Below are positions 7,823 through 16,304 of a stretch of 29,642 nt of DNA, one piece after another (the stretch's first letter is position 1; the number at the start of each line of letters is the position of its first letter). This DNA comes from a virus (lineage: Duplodnaviria; Caudoviricetes): IMG/VR virus record IMGVR_UViG_3300027734_000237, positions 1 through 29,642 of that record. One strand, 5' to 3'. Both the position numbers and the translations under genes were made by a program. A model generated the notes under the pieces. The model was not told the origin of the DNA, did no database searches, and saw only the letters and a list, made by a program, of their open reading frames with translations.

Positions 7823-8086
7823 ATGTTTAAACACATTAGTTCTTACCCTTGGACATTGGGCGGTTCGGGGCTTACTGTTTGGGGCTATGAGCAAAAATAT
7901 GGGCGACCTTTGGTTGTTAACTGTGACGCTAAAAACGAACGCTTACCCATGCCGACCGCAACAAAACGTGCCAACGCACGACTGATTAGCATCGCCCCGC
8001 AAATGTATGAGATTATTCAAACGATGCATGGCAACTCAGAGGCCATGGCTTTAGTCGCTTACATGGAGAAAAATCATGAGGATTAA
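7823..8086 (+). CDS. Hypothetical protein
   Basis: GGAGG RBS. YPW...ANARLISIAPQM is a motif common in small phage proteins. Confidence 0.75.
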   Translation: MFKHISSYPWTLGGSGLTVWGYEQKYGRPLVVNCDAKNERLPMPTATKRANARLISIAPQMYEIIQTMHGNSEAMALVAYMEKNHED

Positions 8087-8315
8087 AACCCCAAAAGATC
8101 AAGACTTTGAAAAGATCTACAAGGCTTATGCGGGGCTGATTGATTGGATTGGGGGCAATGACGTTGATGGTCAGGAAACCCTCGGCCTACTGCTCAAAGC
8201 CGCTGTGTCTATAGCCGTGACAAACCGCCTACCCAAAGAGGACATACTGGAAGTGGTATCCGTGACCTATGAAATGGAGCGCATGATGCGTCCCGATTCG
8301 GGTGAGGTGCATTGA
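8076..8315 (+). CDS. Hypothetical protein
   Basis: GGAGA RBS, coupled ORF. Confidence 0.7.
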   Translation: MRIKTPKDQDFEKIYKAYAGLIDWIGGNDVDGQETLGLLLKAAVSIAVTNRLPKEDILEVVSVTYEMERMMRPDSGEVH

Positions 8316-8554
8316 TGCTCAAGGTTAAAACCCTGACCGACCACCGCCCCGACTTCCTCAAAGCCGCATACAAATACGACAACTTGGTAGACCTTATGAA
8401 TCACGAACGCTTTATCAAAGCCGGAGAACGTTACATCAAGTATTCGCCTGAGGCTTGGACAGTCTACAAGATGGGGAAAAACCGTGTGCCTCGTTATTGT
8501 GGAGCTTATGAGTCAATCACCCGTGCGGTGTTCTATGCACGTTTAAACATGTAA
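8315..8554 (+). CDS. Hypothetical protein
   Basis: GAGG RBS, TGATG coupling. Last gene before the terminator. Confidence 0.7.
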   Translation: MLKVKTLTDHRPDFLKAAYKYDNLVDLMNHERFIKAGERYIKYSPEAWTVYKMGKNRVPRYCGAYESITRAVFYARLNM

Positions 8555-8587
8555 CTTACCAGCAGCGGCTGCTGGCTGCGTTTAAAC

Positions 8588-8614
8588 AAAAGGGGGCTTG
8601 CTGCCCCCTTTTTT
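8588..8614. terminator. Bidirectional intrinsic terminator
   Basis: AAAA-GGGGGC-TTGCT-GCCCCC-TTTTTT between convergent operons. Confidence 0.85.
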
Positions 8615-8961
8615 CATAGTCCTAAATCACTTACAAGACTAATGAACATTGGGGTTCGCTCACCCACATACGCCCCAACGATATTGAATTCATAGAATTC
8701 TGTTGCCTCCTCCCGATCCATACCGTCCCGCTCACAGAGAATGTCTATAAGTTTAGTTGTGTCATAGACCACAACCGTGGGCATTCCAATCCGATCAGCC
8801 ACCCCAACGATGGCCTCATCGAATTGTGCGTCACTCAAGAAAAGCAATTCATCAAACAACGCGCTTAATTCATCGCGTATGTTTAAACGACCTTCAAGTA
8901 GCTCATCTGGTGAGCTTGCAGGTGAGCCACCCGTTTCATTGTTTAAACCGTCAGAATGCAT
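8614..8961 (-). CDS. Conserved-looking phage hypothetical protein
   Basis: FDEAIVGV...VVYDT...EEATEFYEFNIVGAYVGERTP. Follows the helicase in the same operon. Confidence 0.75.
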   Translation of the reverse strand: MHSDGLNNETGGSPASSPDELLEGRLNIRDELSALFDELLFLSDAQFDEAIVGVADRIGMPTVVVYDTTKLIDILCERDGMDREEATEFYEFNIVGAYVGERTPMFISLVSDLGL

Positions 8962-10633
8962 CTAAGTTCTCCGAATAAGTCCCTGCCGTTTTGTTATACA
9001 GCATGGTTGTTTCACCTTGTGTGCCGACCCAACGGTAACGGCACTTCCATACTGCGATCTCCACGTGGTGCTCTCTGCGATGCACAGTGATACCGCAATC
9101 CGTTTTTGCCCACCATGCCATCGATCCGGCAATGGACATGCCGTCAGGGCGGGGCTGTTCTACGCCTTGGCGTGTGATCTTAGAGGGGTGTGCAACAAAC
9201 CATGTGTGCACATCGTGAGCCTTACAAAATTTCTGTACCCTTGTCAGCATGTCGCTAATGGCGGCCGTTTCTGTGCCATCTGCACGTGGCAGTTCAATGT
9301 AGTTATATGGGTCAATGACCAAGCCCCGCACACCCATGCGTTTGACTGCCGCACGTGCCCGCTCAAGTATTGAGTCCAATGTGGACGGCTCTTCTCCGTT
9401 TGTATCAATGAACAGGAAATGATCCTTAACGAATTTAAACGCTCTCTCTTTTTCCTGCTCCGTCATTCTGTCCCGACCTTCAAAGAACCGCTTACGTGTG
9501 TAGATCTCCATGAGTCGGCTAATATGGATCTCAGGCTGATTCTCAAACGAACACACCGCAAACTTCCAATCATGCGCTTGGGCTAAGTTGACCATGATCT
9601 GATCAACAAAGTTGGACTTACCCGATGATGGATAACCAGTGACTACGGTTAGCTGTGCCGGTGCGACCGTGTAAATCTCATCAACCGATGTGTACCCCGT
9701 TGAGAATCCCTTACCCGTGCCCTTCGAGTACAAGTCGTTTAAACGATCAAAGTATGTGCCTGCATCGCTGATGCCAGAAATGGGGTACGCAGCCGCAGAC
9801 TCAATGACTTTAAACACCTCCCCTGTCCGTGAGGGGTCGTCAAGATGCACCTCGTTTAAATCTTTCTTTGCAAATTTAGCCAGCCTGCATTTTTCTTTAC
9901 CGATTCTGCGGGCGAGTTCCTCTGCCAGTGCTTGCCCTGCGGTGTCTTGATCAGTGGCTAGAACTACATAGGGTGCGGCATCGATGATCTCTCGTGCATT
10001 CCATACGTAAGCGAACCGCTTGTCCTCTGACGGCAGAACCTTGCCATCTGCGACTTTGATTGGAGCACCTGATGGCACACTCACCACGTTATTGATACCT
10101 AGTTCGAGTAGGGTCAAGCAGTCTACCTCTCCTTCTACGATGATCAGAGGCTCACCCTTCTTGATCATGTCTATACCAAAGAAGTCATGTGCACCGCCTG
10201 AGTCTTGGGTGAAGTCTTTCTCAGGAAATGATCTGTACTTGGCGGCAACCAATGCACCGTTGCGGAAATATGGGAAGCCTATTGAATCTGCGTTCTTGCC
10301 TAGCTTGCTGAAGAACTTTTCTGCGGCAAACAATTGCATCTTGTCTGCGGTTTGTTTGGAGATTCCTCGTTGTGATAACCAATCGTAGTGCGTTGCCTGT
10401 AACTTGTTCGATATTATTATTGGGTTGGGAACTGCTGACAATTTTCTCTCCTGTTGTGGTTGTACTGAGCCGCTTGTTTGGCAATGATGGCAATGGAACA
10501 CGACCGCCCCGTCTTCTTTGCGGGTTAGGGTCATGTCCTTTGAATTAGCCTTCTTGCGTTCATGAGAACAATAAGGGCAAGCTACCCTCGTTGACTCGGT
10601 GAAGTGGAATTGCTCCACGAATTGGGGATTCAT
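8951..10633 (-). CDS. Bifunctional DNA primase-helicase (T7 gp4/Twinkle-like)
   Basis: Zn finger CPYC...CHHC, TOPRIM IVEGEVD and ATDQD, SF4 helicase Walker A VTGYPSSGKS, LVIDPYN, FVAHP. Confidence 0.95.
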   Translation of the reverse strand: MNPQFVEQFHFTESTRVACPYCSHERKKANSKDMTLTRKEDGAVVFHCHHCQTSGSVQPQQERKLSAVPNPIIISNKLQATHYDWLSQRGISKQTADKMQLFAAEKFFSKLGKNADSIGFPYFRNGALVAAKYRSFPEKDFTQDSGGAHDFFGIDMIKKGEPLIIVEGEVDCLTLLELGINNVVSVPSGAPIKVADGKVLPSEDKRFAYVWNAREIIDAAPYVVLATDQDTAGQALAEELARRIGKEKCRLAKFAKKDLNEVHLDDPSRTGEVFKVIESAAAYPISGISDAGTYFDRLNDLYSKGTGKGFSTGYTSVDEIYTVAPAQLTVVTGYPSSGKSNFVDQIMVNLAQAHDWKFAVCSFENQPEIHISRLMEIYTRKRFFEGRDRMTEQEKERAFKFVKDHFLFIDTNGEEPSTLDSILERARAAVKRMGVRGLVIDPYNYIELPRADGTETAAISDMLTRVQKFCKAHDVHTWFVAHPSKITRQGVEQPRPDGMSIAGSMAWWAKTDCGITVHRREHHVEIAVWKCRYRWVGTQGETTMLYNKTAGTYSENLDAF

Positions 10634-10881
10634 TTCATGCTGCCGTCAGGTTTTCGTTTAAACGAACGGTTGGCCGCTGCGGGTTTTGCTCGGAGATTAC
10701 TCATGACCGTAGTCCCACCCTTGCTCAAAGGTTTTTTGTGGTCAACGTCTTTGCCATCTCCCTTGTGCACCGCGCCTGTTGCCTCAAGCATTCTGCGTGC
10801 TTTGTTTCTCTGCGCTCGTTTCTTCTTAACGGCCTCAGTGCCATCGTAGTTGGCGTATTCTTGTTTGTAGTTCCTAGTCAT
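10630..10881 (-). CDS. Small HNH-family endonuclease-like protein
   Basis: DVDHKKPLSKGG...NLR...ANRS. Confidence 0.75.
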   Translation of the reverse strand: MTRNYKQEYANYDGTEAVKKKRAQRNKARRMLEATGAVHKGDGKDVDHKKPLSKGGTTVMSNLRAKPAAANRSFKRKPDGSMK

Positions 10882-11200
10882 TTTTAATCACTTTCATCAC
10901 TCGTTGCGATCTGCCTGATGCGGCCTTGCGTCTTTCGCCAGTGTCGGCAATGAAACCTTTGCGAATCAAAGGGGCAAACCTAGGTGAAATGGTTTGAACA
11001 CCGTGATGGGGAAAATGTCTCATGACTTCGTCGGACGTACAGCCATTGGGGTACTTGGCAATGACCTCGTAGACCATTGATTCAAGCTGAGTTGAGTCTA
11101 CAGAATTGGCCGCGCTTACGCTAGTGTCCGGATCGGTATTTCGCACCATCTCTTGCGGTGCTGTACCAAATATTTTTTCAAATAATGATTTTTGTTCCAT
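10874..11200 (-). CDS. Putative winged-helix DNA-binding protein
   Basis: RNTDPDTS...GCTSDEV...ISPRFAPLIRKGFIADTGERRKAASGRSQRV. AGGAGAG RBS. Confidence 0.7.
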   Translation of the reverse strand: MEQKSLFEKIFGTAPQEMVRNTDPDTSVSAANSVDSTQLESMVYEVIAKYPNGCTSDEVMRHFPHHGVQTISPRFAPLIRKGFIADTGERRKAASGRSQRVMKVIKND

Positions 11201-11221
11201 GCTTCTCTCCTTTGTTGAAAA

Positions 11222-11425
11222 TTAAAGTTCTAATTCAATCTGCTCAGGTGCGGTGTAGTTTTCGATGGGTATTCCTTTGTCTAGTTGGTGAATAATATCT
11301 TCCTGTGTGGCAACTCGTATTGTCATAATCCCTAATGACACATGCGCTATCGCTTGTCTGCGGTTGGATGCACGGATCAGCCTGATCTGATCACCTACGC
11401 CTATTGTGTAAACACGTTGCTTCAT
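11222..11425 (-). CDS. Hypothetical protein
   Basis: GGAGA RBS, coupled ORF. Confidence 0.7.
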   Translation of the reverse strand: MKQRVYTIGVGDQIRLIRASNRRQAIAHVSLGIMTIRVATQEDIIHQLDKGIPIENYTAPEQIELEL

Positions 11426-11655
11426 CCATTCTTCTCCTTGAGTTTGGCTTCAATGTAGGCCACGATTTCAGATGGATTGACCCAACCAATCTCTTCTTCT
11501 CTGTTGTCGTGCCAAGTATCAAACGCTTTAATCTCCTCATCCGTCAGCCCAACCCACTCACGCTCAGGCAACGGATGCCCTGCTTGTTTGTAGGCTTCAT
11601 CACGCCACAGTTGCGCTCGTTTCTTGTGGTACTCACAGTGTGGGCAATCAGTCAT
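11422..11655 (-). CDS. Hypothetical protein
   Basis: REWVGLTDEEI...IEAKLKEKN is a common small phage protein motif. Confidence 0.7.
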   Translation of the reverse strand: MTDCPHCEYHKKRAQLWRDEAYKQAGHPLPEREWVGLTDEEIKAFDTWHDNREEEIGWVNPSEIVAYIEAKLKEKNG

Positions 11656-11827
11656 GCTTACCCCTGTTTAAATACCAATGCCATCTGCGTTTCATTGCAA
11701 TGATAAAAAGCATTTCCTTTACATAGTGCTCAACCTTCAAGCCTTGCTTTTGAACCACGGCAATCTCAGTCGGAGTCAATATGATGCGACCGACTTTGTC
11801 TTGCCCTCTGACTTTCCTTACATACAT
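11648..11827 (-). CDS. Hypothetical protein (59 aa; not in ORF track)
   Basis: MYVRKVRGQDKVGRIILTPTEIAVVQKQGLKVEHYVKEML...GKHD. GGGAGAG RBS. Confidence 0.7.
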   Translation of the reverse strand: MYVRKVRGQDKVGRIILTPTEIAVVQKQGLKVEHYVKEMLFIIAMKRRWHWYLNRGKHD

Positions 11828-12103
11828 GTTCTCTCCCTTATAAACGCCCCTTGTCGGGGCTTTTGCTATGTTTCACCCAAAGACCCCCCTACCCCATCGG
11901 GTATGGAGGAGTGGGTTTCACCGCCTAACGGCATCTGCATGTCAGCGTAAGCTGTACCCCTGTGCTTGCAGATTCGACCAGCACCGTGGATTATTCGGGA
12001 ACTGCCCCCTAGCCTTACGGCATACCACGTAACCCTTTGCTTCCACGCAGGCAGATTTCTACCCCTTAGTAACGTCTGGAGTACGGTTGTCGTAGGAGGA
12101 GGA

Positions 12104-12198
12104 GGAACTAAGTCGGCTCACATAAAGCAGTGGTGCTTTAGCATTTCGTCCGACGGTTACGTCTGTGGTGGCGCTAACCCACCACCCGACCTAGTTCC
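12104..12198 (-). ncRNA. Candidate multi-stem (cloverleaf-like) RNA
   Basis: 13-bp closing stem 12104-12116/12186-12198 enclosing three hairpins. Confidence 0.5.
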
Positions 12199-12278
12199 AA
12201 AAACAGAAAAGCCACTTAGCTCTACCCTCGGTGAGAACCCTGCGGCAAAAACCAAGGGCGAGAGTAGAATTAAGTGGC
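12199..12278 (-). terminator. Long terminator/attenuator-like hairpin
   Basis: GCCACTTA..TCTAC..CTCG / CGAG..GTAGA..TAAGTGGC, followed on the minus strand by TTTTCTGTTTTT. Confidence 0.65.
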
Positions 12279-12310
12279 CTAAATCTGTCGCTTCTCACGG
12301 CAACAATTGC

Positions 12311-12341
12311 ACTGTATCACAACTTATTGGGGTGTTGTCAA
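12311..12341 (-). promoter_or_regulatory. Putative sigma70 promoter for the primase-helicase operon leader
   Basis: Minus strand TTGACA-N19-TACAGT. Confidence 0.5.
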
Positions 12342-12501
12342 GTAATTAAGTACTTATTGCCGAAAATATTTTGGGGTGCTACCGGCAGCGCACCGCTGCA
12401 ACCGTTTAAACCTGCACGCCGGGCCTGAATTTTTGTTTAAACACCTACGCCGGGCTGGTTGCTGCTGGCCGGGTTTTGGTTTAAACTAAGGCACTCTCTC
12501 C

Positions 12502-12960
12502 TCAGCAGTTGCCTTTGTTGAGTTTGCCCCGTCCGGTTCGCTTGACGGGGTTTTTTTTGGGCGCTACCTCAGAGATCTTTTCAATGATGATCTCTGCCCT
12601 AGGGTTCTCAGGGTCTAGCCCCCAGTAGCAGTGCCGCTCCTTAACCTGTCGGTCGTTCGCATATATAAGACCCTGCATCAAGTCTAGGATTAGGCTCTCA
12701 TCCAAGTCGGGTCGTCGTGATGCATAAAAAATATGCAGAGTAACCCGCAGATCCCCTGTCATTAGTGTAGGCAATGGCTTGCACTGTTGCCTAAAAACAT
12801 CAGAATAACTTAATGCTTTAGCAGACTTAATCAGTCTAGACATACCACCGTAGTGTACAACTCTACGAGAGTTTGCTTTAGAAGCTGGTTCACCAAAAAT
12901 AATTTGTGATAGCACTTGCAATTCTTGTGTAACATCACTATCATTGTGTTTCGGATTCAT
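12502..12960 (-). CDS. rusA: RusA-like Holliday junction resolvase (start uncertain)
   Basis: GEPASKANS, RRPDLDESLILDLMQGLIYANDRQV, NPRAEIII are RusA acidic motifs. Confidence 0.82.
   Translation of the reverse strand: MNPKHNDSDVTQELQVLSQIIFGEPASKANSRRVVHYGGMSRLIKSAKALSYSDVFRQQCKPLPTLMTGDLRVTLHIFYASRRPDLDESLILDLMQGLIYANDRQVKERHCYWGLDPENPRAEIIIEKISEVAPKKNPVKRTGRGKLNKGNC
12916..12944 (+). promoter_or_regulatory. Putative sigma70 promoter
   Basis: TTGCAA-N17-TATCAT, ending 34 nt before ATG 12979. Confidence 0.55.
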
Positions 12961-12978
12961 AACAACCTCGGAGAGAAG

Positions 12979-13845
12979 ATGAAGATAACAAACAAACAGA
13001 ATCTACCCGCACCGTTAGTGGCTTTGCTCTCACGTAACTACTACAGCAAAGGTGCATCACAGTATAGCGTGACTGAGTTAATGTCGCCACCAAAGATTAG
13101 AAGGTTGCGCGAACAGTATGAAGCTGAGATGGAGATTGACGTAACCAAAATGATTGCCTCACAGCTAGGCACATTCATGCACGGCAAGCTTGAAGCTAAG
13201 GAAGTCGTTGGCTATACCAACGAGGAGCGCATCTTTACAGAGGTCGATGGAATCGTTATCAGCGGAGCGATTGACCTACAGCAACATGTAGAGGGCGGGG
13301 TCATCATCATTGACTACAAGTTTGTCAAGGCGTGGTCGGTCAAGCAGGGTAAGGCTGACTGGGAAACGCAGTTGAATGTCTACAAGTGGTTGGTTGAGAC
13401 AGTCAAGGGAGTGCCAGTCAAAGGCTTACAGATCTGCGCCATCATTAAAGATTACTCTGCACATGACACCTCCGAGGGCTACCCCGAAGCTGAGGCTGTG
13501 ATGATTGATGTCCCACTATGGGACTCGGTTAAGACTGAATCCTTTGTTCGTCAGCGGTTGGAGATGCACCGTAACGCCAAAGTTAACCATGAATTTGGTG
13601 AGGAGCTACAGGCTTGCACCGATGAGGAAAGATGGATGAGTGAAACCGTCTTTGCTGTGAAGAGAGAAGGACGCAAGTCTGCGATCCGTTTATTTAAAAC
13701 TATTGAAGAAGCCACAGAGTTGGCAGAAAAGGAAAAAGGCTATGTCGAAACCCGCCAAGGAGAACCAAAGCGATGCACAGGAGATTTCTGTGGAGTCAGC
13801 AAGTGGTGTAAACAGTACCAAGGAGAAATCAATGTCCCCGCATGA
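12979..13845 (+). CDS. PD-(D/E)XK exonuclease (Cas4/RecB-like)
   Basis: GTFMH, EER, SGAIDL, IIDYK, QLNVY, and C-terminal CTGDFCGVSKWC cysteines. GGAGAG RBS. Confidence 0.85.
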   Translation: MKITNKQNLPAPLVALLSRNYYSKGASQYSVTELMSPPKIRRLREQYEAEMEIDVTKMIASQLGTFMHGKLEAKEVVGYTNEERIFTEVDGIVISGAIDLQQHVEGGVIIIDYKFVKAWSVKQGKADWETQLNVYKWLVETVKGVPVKGLQICAIIKDYSAHDTSEGYPEAEAVMIDVPLWDSVKTESFVRQRLEMHRNAKVNHEFGEELQACTDEERWMSETVFAVKREGRKSAIRLFKTIEEATELAEKEKGYVETRQGEPKRCTGDFCGVSKWCKQYQGEINVPA

Positions 13846-14518
13846 TTTACTAAAGCTCAACGTCAACGAGCACACCGAGAAGAAGAATGGCCTGACGTAC
13901 CTGTCATGGGCGTGGGCATGGGCTGAGGCTCTCAAGGCCGACTCCACTGCGTCGTTCATTGTTCACACATTCGCTGACAAACCTTACATGGATGTTAACG
14001 GTACAGGAATGGTATGGGTCACCGTCACCATGTTTGGCCAAGGGCGTACCTGTATGTTGCCTGTGATGAACCACCGCAACCAACCTATCCAAAGCCCTGA
14101 CGCTTTCCAAGTTAACACTGCCATCATGCGATGCATGACCAAGGCTTTAGCTTTGCATGGATTGGGTCTGTACATCTATAGCGGTGATGATCTTCCGCAG
14201 TCAGATGAACCCACCACCATGGGCGAACTGACCAAGAAAGAGGATGCACCCAAGTACGAGAAGATCATTGCTAAGACTGCGCCTAAGAAGACGATTCAGC
14301 CTACTGAATGGGATCCATCTGACGAAAGCCGCAAGTTCTTTGCCGAGTCAATGATTGAGTGGACGAGCCACTGTACCGAAGTATCTGGTTTAAACAGCTA
14401 CTGGAAGAGCAATGAACTTCAGCTTGATTCGCTGAAGACAACGCACCCCTCTTTGTATAAAGAGGTTTTAGACCGCTTCAAAACATTGAAGCTTCAACTA
14501 ACTGAGGAAAAGAAATGA
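13832..14518 (+). CDS. Sak-like single-strand annealing protein (DUF1071 type)
   Basis: VNEHTEKKNGLTYLSWAWAW...LPVMNHRN...NTAIMRCMTKALALHGLGLYIYSGDDLP. Confidence 0.88.
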   Translation: MSPHDLLKLNVNEHTEKKNGLTYLSWAWAWAEALKADSTASFIVHTFADKPYMDVNGTGMVWVTVTMFGQGRTCMLPVMNHRNQPIQSPDAFQVNTAIMRCMTKALALHGLGLYIYSGDDLPQSDEPTTMGELTKKEDAPKYEKIIAKTAPKKTIQPTEWDPSDESRKFFAESMIEWTSHCTEVSGLNSYWKSNELQLDSLKTTHPSLYKEVLDRFKTLKLQLTEEKK

Positions 14519-14850
14519 GCAATTACGCACCGAAGAAAAGCTACGACAAGCCCTTTGAGGCACGTCCCGATGCAGGGAATCTGTTTGCAACCCAAAGCAA
14601 GAAGACTTCCTTGTCCCCTGATTACTGGGGAAATATTGCCATCAATCTCAAAGACTTAACTAACGTTAAGACTGAGAACGGCTTAACGATTATTAAGCTG
14701 TCCGGATGGAAGAGGGTCAGCGAGACTACTGGCAAGACTTATCTGTCTCTTGCGGTGGATCGTTGGGTTCCTGAGCAACCACAGGGCGGCACACGCCAAG
14801 AGAATCAATCCCAAGAGTTCCCCGCTGATGACAGCGACATCCCCTTCTAA
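14515..14850 (+). CDS. Putative single-stranded DNA-binding protein
   Basis: PDYWGNI...LSGWK...YLSLAV with acidic tail DDSDIPF. Follows the annealase. Confidence 0.7.
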   Translation: MSNYAPKKSYDKPFEARPDAGNLFATQSKKTSLSPDYWGNIAINLKDLTNVKTENGLTIIKLSGWKRVSETTGKTYLSLAVDRWVPEQPQGGTRQENQSQEFPADDSDIPF

Positions 14851-14857
14851 GGTAATC

Positions 14858-15241
14858 ATGATGAACAAAGCAAAACAAATAAGAGAGTTTAAACAGGCCA
14901 ATCCTTCTGTATCGCCAAAAGGAATTGCAGATGCATGTAATGCAACTGTTACCTATGTCTACCAAGTTCTACATAAGCTTAAACCTAAGAAGGTGAAGGC
15001 GGTAAAGCCGGTAGCCACCCAACCCACTGCCGGTCAAGATGTGCTGCGTAAAGAGATTCAGCGTTTAAACCACCAAATGGATATATGGGAACGTACAAAT
15101 GAAGTGCAGGAGCGCAGGATCAGTCTTCTCACCGAGCAGTTACGGGAAGCCAAGCTTCACCACAACGGCCTTGAGTATGTGATCTCTTATCTTGAATCCC
15201 GCCTTGGCATTACGGAGAAACCAAATGGCGCTTCAGTTTGA
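14858..15241 (+). CDS. Hypothetical protein (HTH-like N-terminus, coiled coil)
   Basis: NKAKQIREF...PKGIADACNATVTYVYQV. Confidence 0.65.
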   Translation: MMNKAKQIREFKQANPSVSPKGIADACNATVTYVYQVLHKLKPKKVKAVKPVATQPTAGQDVLRKEIQRLNHQMDIWERTNEVQERRISLLTEQLREAKLHHNGLEYVISYLESRLGITEKPNGASV

Positions 15242-15617
15242 AGCCCGTAAAGTAGCGCTCAAGCAAGACCGGACAGGGTTTATCTTGACGCTCTCACTGC
15301 ACCCTGACGAAGTACCGGAAGAGATTCTGCGGGACTTTGTCGGGGCGAGGTATGCCTGTGCGGTGGTTCGCATCCAAGATGATGAGTCACCCACACCATA
15401 CGACAACCGAGTTCAGAAAGCCGGAATGCTTTGCCGTGACCCTGACTTTCAAGAGTTCCTATCATGCGACAACGAACTGGACGCAACGCACTTATTGTCT
15501 AAACGCTGTGGTATTGAATCACGTACCGAGCTTCATGGCAACGTAGAAGCAAAGTCTAAGTTCGATTTCCTTGTCCGTGAATACCAAAAGACGAAAGTAA
15601 TTGATGACCCATTTTAA
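15225..15617 (+). CDS. Hypothetical protein
   Basis: GGAGA RBS, ATG 15225. Confidence 0.75.
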   Translation: MALQFEARKVALKQDRTGFILTLSLHPDEVPEEILRDFVGARYACAVVRIQDDESPTPYDNRVQKAGMLCRDPDFQEFLSCDNELDATHLLSKRCGIESRTELHGNVEAKSKFDFLVREYQKTKVIDDPF

Positions 15618-15912
15618 GAAGTTTAAACCGTTCATGACGTATGTCTCTCCTGATGAGCACATGCGTATGAAGAAGTTTGCAAAACTTAAGAAGATCACAA
15701 TGGCTCAAATGATTCGGGAGGCGATTGACAGTCGCCTGTCGGTCGGGGATCCATACACCGCAGGGTACAACGCAGGGATTGATGCTTGCATTTTGGTGGT
15801 CAATCAAAACAATGCGGCCAAGATGAGATTTCCGTCTGGAGCCTCATTTGCTGAACTAATTATTGATGAGCTTATCCTTGAACGCAGACTGGAAGTGCCC
15901 GATGAAACTTAG
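15604..15912 (+). CDS. Putative ribbon-helix-helix DNA-binding protein
   Basis: PFMTYVSPDEHMRMKKFAKLKKITMAQMIREAID pattern. Confidence 0.65.
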   Translation: MTHFKKFKPFMTYVSPDEHMRMKKFAKLKKITMAQMIREAIDSRLSVGDPYTAGYNAGIDACILVVNQNNAAKMRFPSGASFAELIIDELILERRLEVPDET

Positions 15913-16120
15913 TGGCACAAGGAATCAATGCACTGGATGCAACGAGTATTTCAACAGCAACACTGCGTTTGATAAACACCGCACCGGCAAGCACGGTGTA
16001 AACAGGCGATGCCGTACCCCAGAAGAAATGGAAAATCTGGGGATGTTTATTAACATTTATGGATACTGGGTTAGCGAACCCATGGTAAAGGACTTCTATG
16101 CAAAAACCGACACCGTATAA
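15902..16120 (+). CDS. Small zinc-binding protein (FDxHR type)
   Basis: CTGCNEYFNSNTAFDKHRTG...RRC. Confidence 0.7.
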   Translation: MKLSGTRNQCTGCNEYFNSNTAFDKHRTGKHGVNRRCRTPEEMENLGMFINIYGYWVSEPMVKDFYAKTDTV

Positions 16121-16304
16121 CACTGGCAAAGTATTGATTGGGTGTATGTACAAAATACCCCCTCATGATCCTACGCCTGAGGAACTGTGGATTCAGTCCA
16201 CTTTGCTGGGTGACTCGCCTCATAACGAAGACTACGTTTGGGCTTGTATTTGTACAGTTGCCATGGCATTCTTTGTTCTTGCGATGAATGTTTACACACC
16301 ATGA
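16098..16304 (+). CDS. Hypothetical protein with C-terminal hydrophobic segment
   Basis: AAGGA RBS. TPYNTGKVLIG and a C-terminal TM-like stretch. Confidence 0.65.
   Translation: MQKPTPYNTGKVLIGCMYKIPPHDPTPEELWIQSTLLGDSPHNEDYVWACICTVAMAFFVLAMNVYTP

Noticed and set aside
12104-12198. tRNA gene
   Set aside because: No TTC T-loop or D-loop consensus, 13-bp closing stem, no CCA end.
11678-12428. + strand ORFs 11678-11950, 11966-12349 and 12231-12428
   Set aside because: No convincing RBS or protein-like features; they lie antisense to a structured leader and a better minus-strand gene.
12979-13845. Cas4 as evidence of a CRISPR system
   Set aside because: Its context beside Sak and SSB indicates a phage recombination exonuclease.
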